This document shows positions 40,201-46,846 of a stretch of 64,000 bases of DNA, one piece after another. The notes under the pieces are model-generated. The model was not told the DNA's origin. It was given only the letters and a program-made list of their open reading frames with translations, and ran no database searches. How positions within the stretch are numbered: the first letter of the stretch is position 1; every line of letters begins with the position of its first letter. The stretch is from a virus. Lineage: Duplodnaviria; Heunggongvirae; Uroviricota; Caudoviricetes. The translations under genes and the position numbers were made by a program. Location of the stretch: the IMG/VR virus record IMGVR_UViG_3300039159_000198; one strand, 5' to 3'.

Positions 40201-41096
40201 TTAAAAGAATTATGCCAAATAATCCAGAATTGGCAACAATAATTTATTGTATTTCATATCTTAGGACATTTCAAAAAGATAGTAATAGTAAATTGGGTAA
40301 ATTTAATGGGTGGAACAATAACCTTTGCACTATTCCATTAACAATTAATTATGGTTCAATTGATGGAACGTTTTTAAGTACATACTCTTGTGTTAATCTT
40401 AATCCAAATCCGTCAACAAAAGGTGCCACACCGATTGCTAATTTTGGGTCAATAGATAATTTTGTTTCATTCATGACTGCCAGATTACAAGAAAAAATAC
40501 CTTTAGTATTGGATATAGGTCTTGTTAAGTTTTACGCTTGTTATTGGCCAACTAAAGAAAGTGCTGTTAGTGAATCATCATACGATACAAATACTAAAGA
40601 ATACAAGCAAACAAAACAAACGTTTGATAACGCGTTGGATTCGGCTCTTAATGTTGGTATTGCAACTAAGGCAATTGTTGAAGATTTAAAAAATCAAATT
40701 AATGCTACGGATAAAAAAGCAGAAAATAAAGGGGTAATAACACCAATCGTTGTTGCGTCCAATATCTCTTGTCCTCCACCAGTTATTACTTCTTTTTCAC
40801 CATTATCGGGAAATACGGGTACCATTGTTCAAGTTAATGGTGTTAGTTTTAATGGAACAAGTTCAATTATAGTTAATGGGGTTAATGTACCGTCATCCGG
40901 ATTTACGGTGTATAACGATACAACCTTAAGATTTAATACCCCTAAAGTTGGTACTGTGGTTAATAAAGGTAAGATTAAAATTACAACACCAAATGGGGTA
41001 GTTACTAGTACGGATGATTTTACATTTGACCCCTTAATCGTTGCGTCATCAGCATCATCTCCGGGTGGATATCAAAAGTCTCAAAATAGTGTGTAA
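34245..41096 (+). CDS. very large baseplate hub/tail protein with C-terminal IPT/TIG Ig-like domain
   Basis: GN..LQP.MYF.L..VPMF.G.Y.I..V.H hub-like segment; PVITSFSPLSG..GT.V.V.G. Confidence 0.55.
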   Translation: MAGNLRADNNGDILVEFDYNNIIVVDPNKTIDTTGKIQERLIDHESLVMFANLEAELLPRTKLAVGGSPEDRIRTISVAKMNFLKPTKDSFLSTGYIDEITGENSTKFKGQNQMLSKLETPQNGEKPYWNDSPLNLKDVLDNGLLGITSINVTTNSSFVPSVKMMLEDVQGKALFSLGNNSPYSAFFNLPYPPFYLTLKGYYGQAVRYQLNLEKFHATFNGMTGNYQVSLDFKGYKFNVLNEISMGHLLAVPHMYGQTFNISTTPKGTQESNKSAESQSKVSGVVSKNNPQSNDSVVTQINSERGYQKIVEVYSEYKSKGLIPIDLPELTLYQLMTKLSTFENNIMNSFPKAKVIPLTNIRNYKEILKQYFDSIRGSNVSWFNKYLDPKPIVLNNVNQNVYVFKKLEQVDKDTATTLLKSYVDKFNKALSENETLGNKGSSPIPNPIKFDNFLVPTPSNGDINWVDTVRIQTGKVLPTEEDIRLLKEQFAQANFPVLVSQEVNGKPTLDTVNPGFFIFEGPNRFDKQISLIEADANKKLSEYETSISAELLRKIEDTSVGLGFKPTVRNMIAVVMASAEAFIRLLDDVHTNAWNVKYDPVRKNAIMDNPSSAQSSETRQKVAISNSAMQSKQGLSNAEEPVYPWPLFFVETPEDKKGRFQLKYIADPSVVNLTQGYLYDKWPEVEFVEEYMKGITQKFTVPTEVPPLDNERDTNRININAIEFPSAGLPYVNKEEVKFFYEIWERQFLTSHYSGLIRANSKQIDELIKLNVEAEVNNIVKGLGVSSPYLTLKLKNYNLKANSYPTFLSTISNNGTGYAYQDYIRDFFVTPYIKNLVNNSYSILSTNDIGKVPQVTTKSLALELLLKNVSNEPLIVDTLPYTDSTWCLNNLSSSNKSVGNEVYDTKKTLKIFEPRKIISNFNDIYDFATNRPVTNFSFYQNENPSLVALEYSLLNPYGLNNFYLSREPKNFIATEGYCDSTTPTNGLPFKTTTSILNTPYFVNSILNGVQNNRTSDPYPYVQSAYLFLNSLPLASLRERYKTNDGQSVSELDYISSCFKKFGAIHKLPYAWILKYGSIWYRYKKHKESNVDILTTAWTNFDYKTNYSPILSSVTQNYQFNYNNKPISITLQSETPTTVNMNVGFYPKVINDFNVFYNGFELYDKYTDTEIEDSVKNGMKLYNFAGSNISANQNGKTLNLTTYSVLLSSSNYYSDINCNPINNTKGTDYYVVPSFGNVLNQTKISCIDNLTTSDNTKVDLTFNPNVYNGSVRTLWSAPNYGYFDNNQIAFPQPDSYINLINSSETQSPMYFLNGDNYSKIEEIFSVFEKKILDSFEQEFLNFSKPITNASTGDEVAQFDTSVVDTNATFKNFQSLFRNLMTVPVQGNGVSEDNYFSNTIGNQYSVFQSVIKNFMNYDVLFRYGNPSNYNRRIFDSYLSHNNVQKVVDPIKFQPYVQNTLPTKTSSLSLSQSQLLNPNAWITLETEVGFSTIKNVVYSSTGSYITDFFIDNNIQFTVENVVLLAPLIKMYATQKLKNPNITVAQFQAQISQYLTGESVLQDNFLNLVLDGIRLKLPNQEQLPERTIQSVIDGQQSKVENYEVFKALNDKWISGGDYKSKTLFEDILFLDRASRNIGDTILLDIFEMKNLFSKESLNPVMSVFTFVSGLLIKNNFTVMNLPSYINFYNVQDVDGTTIPNKAEGSLAFANNMWGTFLDVDYRKSSSKLVCFYVGKPSQYLELPKGNFRFRDDAFDMSRASENPLIENQVGKKDWGISNKCVGFSVDIGNRNQNVFYSFSVSQDNGIATSESIATQINMVDQASGKNVATQNASLYNLYKQRSYKCSVVCLGNALLQPTMYFNLRHVPMFNGPYMIQQVEHSIQPGQFQTTFQGIRQGVFDLPAIDNYIQSINQNLLTKLEEGLKIKKDIINVLSASTNNNKINNTVQSAKNTKGTTNQCESQVNEIYLGKKFQSTNAVLTPITEKEFANTLKRIMPNNPELATIIYCISYLRTFQKDSNSKLGKFNGWNNNLCTIPLTINYGSIDGTFLSTYSCVNLNPNPSTKGATPIANFGSIDNFVSFMTARLQEKIPLVLDIGLVKFYACYWPTKESAVSESSYDTNTKEYKQTKQTFDNALDSALNVGIATKAIVEDLKNQINATDKKAENKGVITPIVVASNISCPPPVITSFSPLSGNTGTIVQVNGVSFNGTSSIIVNGVNVPSSGFTVYNDTTLRFNTPKVGTVVNKGKIKITTPNGVVTSTDDFTFDPLIVASSASSPGGYQKSQNSV

Positions 41097-41162
41097 TAAT
41101 TTCAATAAAAATTAAAAATTAACTTATTCAAATAACAATATATTTATAATAAAAACAATTTT

Positions 41163-41387
41163 ATGAACATAAAATCAGCATTAGACAACTACCTTGGCAA
41201 ATCAACGAGATTTTCACAAGCGGATAACGGAGATGGAACACAACAAGTTTGTGATTTAGATACAGGTGATTGCTACACCGTAAGAGAAAGAGACGGACTT
41301 ATTGAAAGAGCAGGACATCAAACTACTGTAAATAGAAAAGTTAGAGTAGAGACAGCGGGAGGAATTAAACAATTATTAAACGGATAA
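41163..41387 (+). CDS. hypothetical protein
   Basis: 74-aa ORF after TATTTAT; CDLDTGDC. Confidence 0.65.
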   Translation: MNIKSALDNYLGKSTRFSQADNGDGTQQVCDLDTGDCYTVRERDGLIERAGHQTTVNRKVRVETAGGIKQLLNG

Positions 41388-41392
41388 TAAAA

Positions 41393-42082
41393 ATGGGATT
41401 AGATAGAAAATTAATACAAGAAATTACAAGGTATCATAATATCAATAACTATATTATGGAGCAGGACGCTATTGAACCTGAAGTTCCTATTGAAGATGAG
41501 TTAGGTCCATTATCCCCGCCGACAGCAGGTGGAGATGTTCCACCTCCACCGGCACCATCAGAGGCGATACCACCGGCAGCTCCGGTATCAACAGCGATTG
41601 ATGTTGCAAATGACCCGGATATTGAAAAAATTGATGATGAGGGTAATTCTGAAGAAATTACAAGTGAAGGTGATGATTCGGAAGAATTAGACATTACCGA
41701 TTTGGTAACTTCTCAAAAAAATATTGAAACCAAACAAGAAGAATATTTTGAAAACTTATTTAACCAACTTTCAAATTTAGAATCCAAATTGGGTGAGATG
41801 GATAATGTTATGAATAAATTAAATTCTCTTGAAATGAAAATTGAGAAATACCGAGAAAAAACTCCTCAAGAAAAATTGGAGTTAAGAAGTTATGACTCAT
41901 ATCCATTCAATCAAAAACTGTCACAATTTTTTGATGACAAACAAGATGAGATGGAAAAAACAGGAAAAAATGAATATGTTTTAACTTCGGATGAGGTTGA
42001 GGATATTAATTCAAGTGATGTTAAAAATTCGTTTCAACCTAATTCTCAGGTAGATGAATACAAATCATCATTCAAAAAATAA
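41393..42082 (+). CDS. acidic Pro-rich coiled-coil protein, possible scaffold/internal head protein
   Basis: LIQE..YIME leader, P/E/D-rich linker, heptad segment. Confidence 0.5.
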   Translation: MGLDRKLIQEITRYHNINNYIMEQDAIEPEVPIEDELGPLSPPTAGGDVPPPPAPSEAIPPAAPVSTAIDVANDPDIEKIDDEGNSEEITSEGDDSEELDITDLVTSQKNIETKQEEYFENLFNQLSNLESKLGEMDNVMNKLNSLEMKIEKYREKTPQEKLELRSYDSYPFNQKLSQFFDDKQDEMEKTGKNEYVLTSDEVEDINSSDVKNSFQPNSQVDEYKSSFKK

Positions 42083-42088
42083 AATCTT

Positions 42089-42116
42089 AAAGGTGTCTTA
42101 ACAGACACCTTTTTTT
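42089..42116 (+). terminator. intrinsic terminator
   Basis: AAAGGTGTC-TTAACA-GACACCTTTTTTT. Confidence 0.8.
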
Positions 42117-42117
42117 A

Positions 42118-42149
42118 TTTGACTTTTCATGTTTTATCACCTACATTTG
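42118..42149 (+). promoter_or_regulatory. Bacteroidota-type promoter for replication operon
   Basis: TTTG(42118)-N20-TACATTTG(42142). Confidence 0.75.
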
Positions 42150-42182
42150 TAAAACAATTTAACAATTTAATTTTATAAAAAC

Positions 42183-43028
42183 ATGAGTTCATTAGACGCC
42201 GTATTGGCACAGTACGAAAATTCAAAACAAGGGGGCGGGGCCCAAGGAAAAATTTCACAAGAAGACAGAATGAAAAGGTATTTTGCACTTATCTTAGGTG
42301 ACAACGAAAAATCAGGACAAAGAAAAGTTAGAATCTTACCTACGGGAGATGGTTCATCACCTTTTAAAGAGGCGTGGTATCATGAAATCCAAGTTGGTGG
42401 ACAATGGCAAAAATTCTATGACCCGGGAAAAAATGATAACGAACGTTCACCATTGAACGAGGTTTATGAAGAGTTAATCTCAACAGGAAAAGAATCTGAC
42501 AAACAATTGGCTACTCAGTATCGTTCTCGTAAATTCTATGTCGTAAAGGTTATAGATAGAGATAAAGAAGAAGATGGTGTTAAGTTTTGGAGATTTAAAT
42601 CAAACTATAAAAATGAGGGAATCTTAGATAAGATTATCCCAATTTGGAGAAACAAAGGTGATATCACTGACCCTGAAAAAGGTAGAGATTTAATCATTGA
42701 GTTGGCTAAAGCTAAAACACCAAAAGGAAAAGAATACACCACGGTATCAACTATTATGTATGAAGACCAAGGACCAATACATGAAGATGATACACAGGCT
42801 AAAGCATGGGTTAATGATGAATTAACATGGTTGGACGTTTATGCTAAAAAACCGGTTGAATATCTTGAAGCAATTGCTAACGGACAGACACCAAAATGGG
42901 ATAGTGAAAAAGGTGGTTACGTTTATGAAAACGACATCACAAATACAGAATCATTTGGAGGTTCTAAACCATCTACTTCGATTGACCCACAGGCAAATGA
43001 TTTGCCGGATGAAGAGCTTCCATTCTAA
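42183..43028 (+). CDS. single-stranded DNA-binding protein, gp32-like
   Basis: VRILP....PF.E..YH; DITDPEKGRD; acidic tail ending DEELPF. Confidence 0.8.
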   Translation: MSSLDAVLAQYENSKQGGGAQGKISQEDRMKRYFALILGDNEKSGQRKVRILPTGDGSSPFKEAWYHEIQVGGQWQKFYDPGKNDNERSPLNEVYEELISTGKESDKQLATQYRSRKFYVVKVIDRDKEEDGVKFWRFKSNYKNEGILDKIIPIWRNKGDITDPEKGRDLIIELAKAKTPKGKEYTTVSTIMYEDQGPIHEDDTQAKAWVNDELTWLDVYAKKPVEYLEAIANGQTPKWDSEKGGYVYENDITNTESFGGSKPSTSIDPQANDLPDEELPF

Positions 43029-43040
43029 TTAACACAAAAC

Positions 43041-43069
43041 AACCCTCCTGAATCGGGCGGGGATTTTTT
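43041..43069 (+). terminator. probable intrinsic terminator (imperfect stem)
   Basis: CCCTCCTGAATCGGGCGGGGA followed by T-run. Confidence 0.5.
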
Positions 43070-43091
43070 AACTAACAAAAAATATATAATA

Positions 43092-43162
43092 ACTTGGACA
43101 TAAACTTGGACAGTTTGTCCAAGTAACTTAATACATAACAAAAATTAACATTTACTTGGACA
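43092..43162. repeat. ACTTGGACA x3 direct plus one inverted copy in recA leader
   Basis: 43092, 43104, 43154 direct; TGTCCAAGT at 43116. Confidence 0.9.
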
Positions 43163-43163
43163 T

Positions 43164-44159
43164 ATGGCAATTAAAAAAAAGACATTCTCGTTAGAGGATA
43201 TAAAAGGTAAGTTCTCAACCAAAACAAAATATAAACCCGAAAGTTTTTATAATTGTGGTGAAGCGTTTATGGATGCGGTTGGATTACCCGGACCTGTAAT
43301 GGGGGGTATCAACATGTTCTTGGGTCATAGTAATGCTTCAAAAACGACGGCACTTATATTGGCGGCCGCAGACGCTCAAAAAAAAGGTCATCTACCTGTA
43401 TTCATTATTACTGAAAAAAAATGGTCATGGGAACATAGTGTTGAGTTAGGATTACAGGCGGAACAAAATGAAAATGGGGTGTGGGATGGTCATTTTATTT
43501 TTAACGATAGTTTTGATGTAATTGAACAAGCCACCGATTTTATCAATAATGTTTTAGACTCTCAAGAAAAAGGTGAATTACCTTATAATTTATTATTTTT
43601 ATTTGATAGTGTTGGTAGTATTCCTTGTCAGATGACATTTGATGGCAAGGGGGGCGGAATGTTTAATGCAAAGGTACTTGCGGATAAAATTGGAATGGGG
43701 ATACACTCTAGAATTTCAAAATCTAAAAAAGAAGATTACCCTTATTATAATACTTTAGTTGTGTGTAATCAACCTTGGGTTCTCTTGCCTGATAGCCCAT
43801 TTGGGCAACCAACCATTCAACCTAAAGGGGGTCAAGCATTATTTTTAGCGTCTTCATTAGTGTTTTTATTTGGTAATCAAAAAAGTTCCGGTGTTAGTCA
43901 CATTACCGCAACTAAAAATGGTAGGACAATTTCTTATGCTACTAGAACAAAAATATCTATATTAAAAAACCACGTAAATGGGATTCAGTTCAAAGATGGT
44001 AAAATAATTGCGGTTCCCCAAGGTTATATTGCGGACACAAAAGATGCTTTGGACAAGTATAAAAAAGAATATTCTAGTTATTGGGGTGCAATCCTTATTG
44101 GTACGGGTGAACTTATACTTGATGAAACTGAAGAACAAGAAAGTTTTGGAGAAGAATAA
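43164..44159 (+). CDS. RecA/UvsX-like recombinase
   Basis: Walker A-like GHSNASKTT, ITEKK, FDSVGS, NQ, PKGG, KNH. Confidence 0.8.
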   Translation: MAIKKKTFSLEDIKGKFSTKTKYKPESFYNCGEAFMDAVGLPGPVMGGINMFLGHSNASKTTALILAAADAQKKGHLPVFIITEKKWSWEHSVELGLQAEQNENGVWDGHFIFNDSFDVIEQATDFINNVLDSQEKGELPYNLLFLFDSVGSIPCQMTFDGKGGGMFNAKVLADKIGMGIHSRISKSKKEDYPYYNTLVVCNQPWVLLPDSPFGQPTIQPKGGQALFLASSLVFLFGNQKSSGVSHITATKNGRTISYATRTKISILKNHVNGIQFKDGKIIAVPQGYIADTKDALDKYKKEYSSYWGAILIGTGELILDETEEQESFGEE

Positions 44160-44214
44160 AAAAAAATAATATAATTTATTATACTTTTAGTATATTTGTA
44201 GATATTTATTAAAT

Positions 44215-44367
44215 ATGGGAAGAAGAAAAGTTGAAGATGAAAAAAAGAAAGTAAAATTGGCAGTGTCTCTTGACCCCCAACTTCCGCAGTACTTTAAGGA
44301 TAAATCTATAAACTTATCTTCTCTTGTTAATAAATTGTTAAATGAGTATATTAAAAATGGAAACTAA
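44215..44367 (+). CDS. 50-aa ribbon-helix-helix-like protein (not in ORF track)
   Basis: MGRRKVEDEKKKVKLAVSLDPQLPQYFKDKSINLSSLVNKLLNEYIKNGN; paralog of 9836. Confidence 0.75.
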   Translation: MGRRKVEDEKKKVKLAVSLDPQLPQYFKDKSINLSSLVNKLLNEYIKNGN

Positions 44368-45009
44368 GGTTTGTTCTATATGTAAAGAAGATAAAAATGT
44401 TAGTGAATTTGGTAATTCAAAATCATCTAAAGATGGGTTATTATATTGTTGTAAAAAATGTAATAGTGATAGAGGTAAAAAATATACTAAAGAAAATTAT
44501 CAAAAAACATTAGAGTCTCATAGAAAATGGACGGCAAAAAATCCTGAATGGGTTTACAATCGTCATAAAAAATGGAGAGATGAGAATCGTGAATTGGTGA
44601 ATGAAATTGGTATAATAAAAACCCTGAAAAAAGAAAAGAATATCGGGAGAATTACAAACCAAGAAAACGAGAACAAAGAAAAGAGCGAAGAAATAGCGAC
44701 CCGGTTTTCAATTTAACTAATAGAATGAGAATCCGTTTAAGGAAATATCTAACCATTCACAACATCACCAAAAGAAATAAAACTTTTGATATTGTTGGTT
44801 GTACTCCGGAGTTCTTAAAAGAATATTTAGAGATACAATTTACTGAAGGTATGACTTGGGAAAATAGATGTGAGTGGCATATTGACCATATCATTCCATT
44901 ATCATCGGCAAAAAATGAGGACGAACTTTATAAGTTATGTCATTATACAAATCTTCAACCATTATGGGCTGAGGACAATTTAAAAAAGAGTAACAAAATT
45001 ATTGTCTAA
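44357..45009 (+). pseudogene. frameshifted Zn-finger HNH endonuclease
   Basis: METKVCSIC N-half and HIDH C-half in different frames; joining near 44605 gives NWYNKNPEKRKEYREN like intact paralogs. Confidence 0.75.
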
Positions 45010-45025
45010 CCCTTAAAAGGTTAAC

Positions 45026-46024
45026 TTGAAAAAAACATTATTAATTGATGGTGCCAACCTAATGAAGATTGGATTCCACGGAGTAAAAGACCTCTATAGT
45101 GACGGAAGTCACTTGGGGGCAATTTACCACTTTATTAACACCATTAGAAAATTCCTCGAAGAACATAATTACGATAAGGTTGTGGTTATGTGGGACGCTG
45201 AAAATAGTTCATCCACTCGGAAAGGACTATACCCCCAGTATAAAGCAAATCGTAAGAACGATATGGATGAGTATAAACTTGAGTCATATCTAACTCAAAA
45301 CGCTCGTATTAAAGAATATCTTGAAGAAATTTTTGTTAGACAGGTTGAAATGATTGATAACGAAGGTGATGACCTTATCGCGTATTATTGTAAAATATCA
45401 ACTAATGAGGACATCACCATTTTTTCATCAGATAAGGACCTCACACAACTTATCTCTGATAAAGTATCTATCTACTCACCAAATTCAAAACAATACTTTA
45501 AACAGGGTGATATGATTACCGTTAATAAAGTTCAAATACCTCATTACAATGTCTTAACTTGTAAGATAATGACTGGTGATTCTTCAGATAATATTAGTGG
45601 GATTGAAGGGCTAGGAGAAAAAACTTTGGTTAAATTATTCCCTGATATGCTGGTTAAACCATGCACTATCGAAGAAATACGAGTTAGTGCTGGTATTCTC
45701 ATGCAAGAAAAAAAATCAAAAGTTTTAGAAAATATTTTGACCGGTAAGAATAAATATGGTATAATTGGTGAAGAGTTTTACGCTACAAACAAAAAGATAG
45801 TTGATTTATCTAACCCCTTAATAAGTGAAGATGGAAAAGAATTAGTTGAACAAATTATCACAGACACGATTGACCCCACCGATAGGGGATACAAAAACTT
45901 AATGAGACTTATGATGGAAGATGGTCTCTTCAAATATCTTCCAAAAAACGATAATGCTTGGGTAGACTTCCTAAGACCATTTATGAAATTAACAAGAAAA
46001 GAAAAAAGAAACACAAACAGATGA
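45026..46024 (+). CDS. 5'-3' exonuclease (FEN/Pol I 5'-nuclease, T4 RNase H-like)
   Basis: LLIDG, YKANR, EGDD, SSDKD, GDSSDNI.GI.GLGEK. Confidence 0.9.
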   Translation: MKKTLLIDGANLMKIGFHGVKDLYSDGSHLGAIYHFINTIRKFLEEHNYDKVVVMWDAENSSSTRKGLYPQYKANRKNDMDEYKLESYLTQNARIKEYLEEIFVRQVEMIDNEGDDLIAYYCKISTNEDITIFSSDKDLTQLISDKVSIYSPNSKQYFKQGDMITVNKVQIPHYNVLTCKIMTGDSSDNISGIEGLGEKTLVKLFPDMLVKPCTIEEIRVSAGILMQEKKSKVLENILTGKNKYGIIGEEFYATNKKIVDLSNPLISEDGKELVEQIITDTIDPTDRGYKNLMRLMMEDGLFKYLPKNDNAWVDFLRPFMKLTRKEKRNTNR

Positions 46025-46335
46025 AAGTATTAGTAGAAGGACACAAATATGAGTTGTTCAATTTTGAAAATAACGGTAAATTTAATCAACACTTACAATT
46101 TATTCAAAAAGAACCTATAACTGAGGGTTCGACAGAATTAAAAACAGTCTCTGATGGGACAACAAATGAGGGTTTACTTGAGGTTTTATTAGACCGTATG
46201 AATTACTTACAAAGTAAGTTCCCATGTCGTGAAAATGCGATAGCGATTACTAAATTGGATGAAGCTCTTTTATGGTTAAATAAAAGAACATTTAATAGAA
46301 TAAAAAGAAATGTTGAAGGTAAACAAATAGTATAA
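46021..46335 (+). CDS. tad1: Tad1-like anti-defence sponge protein (start 46021)
   Basis: LLEVLLDR...FPCRENAIAITKLDEALLWLNKR...R..RNVEG matches Tad1 C-terminal pattern as recalled. Confidence 0.75.
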   Translation: MKVLVEGHKYELFNFENNGKFNQHLQFIQKEPITEGSTELKTVSDGTTNEGLLEVLLDRMNYLQSKFPCRENAIAITKLDEALLWLNKRTFNRIKRNVEGKQIV

Positions 46336-46348
46336 ATAAAAAAAAAAT

Positions 46349-46846
46349 ATGAGAGAGCAAGAAAGCACTAAAATGGAATTTTTATTGACCTTAAATGATA
46401 ATATCATAGTTCAAAGATTCTTTAATGTAAGAGGGTATAACCAAAAAACGAAAAGTTCGGTTGAATTATATGAATTCGTTTCCGACTTTAAAAATGAACT
46501 TCAAGAGTATTTGAAGATGAAAACATTAGTGTATATGACGGATAACAAAGATTCTATCATGCACGACCCAACAATTATGGACACATCTTATACTGATGGT
46601 CCGGAAATTTTTAACATTGTTATTAAATTGGGAGAACAGACAATTTGTCATAGAATTTTTGACGGAAAACTTTATCCACCGAAAGTACGTTATACAGTTG
46701 ATGTACGACCATTCTTAAAAGAAACTCTTCGTGGATTGACTGACATTTTTTCCGATAACAAATTAAGTTATAATTATTTAGAATTTGACCTAAGTAAGGA
46801 AGTATTTAATATTACAAGGATAGCTTTTAAAACAGTTTATGAATAA
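46349..46846 (+). CDS. hypothetical protein in replication operon
   Basis: 165-aa ORF overlapping helicase start. Confidence 0.65.
   Translation: MREQESTKMEFLLTLNDNIIVQRFFNVRGYNQKTKSSVELYEFVSDFKNELQEYLKMKTLVYMTDNKDSIMHDPTIMDTSYTDGPEIFNIVIKLGEQTICHRIFDGKLYPPKVRYTVDVRPFLKETLRGLTDIFSDNKLSYNYLEFDLSKEVFNITRIAFKTVYE

Noticed and set aside
44600-44640. Programmed -1 frameshift in HNH copy 4
   Set aside because: No in-frame X XXY YYZ site at the inferred break, and paralogs are continuous
45958-46020. Longer start for the Tad1-like ORF
   Set aside because: Overlaps the exonuclease; ATGA coupling at 46021 fits better
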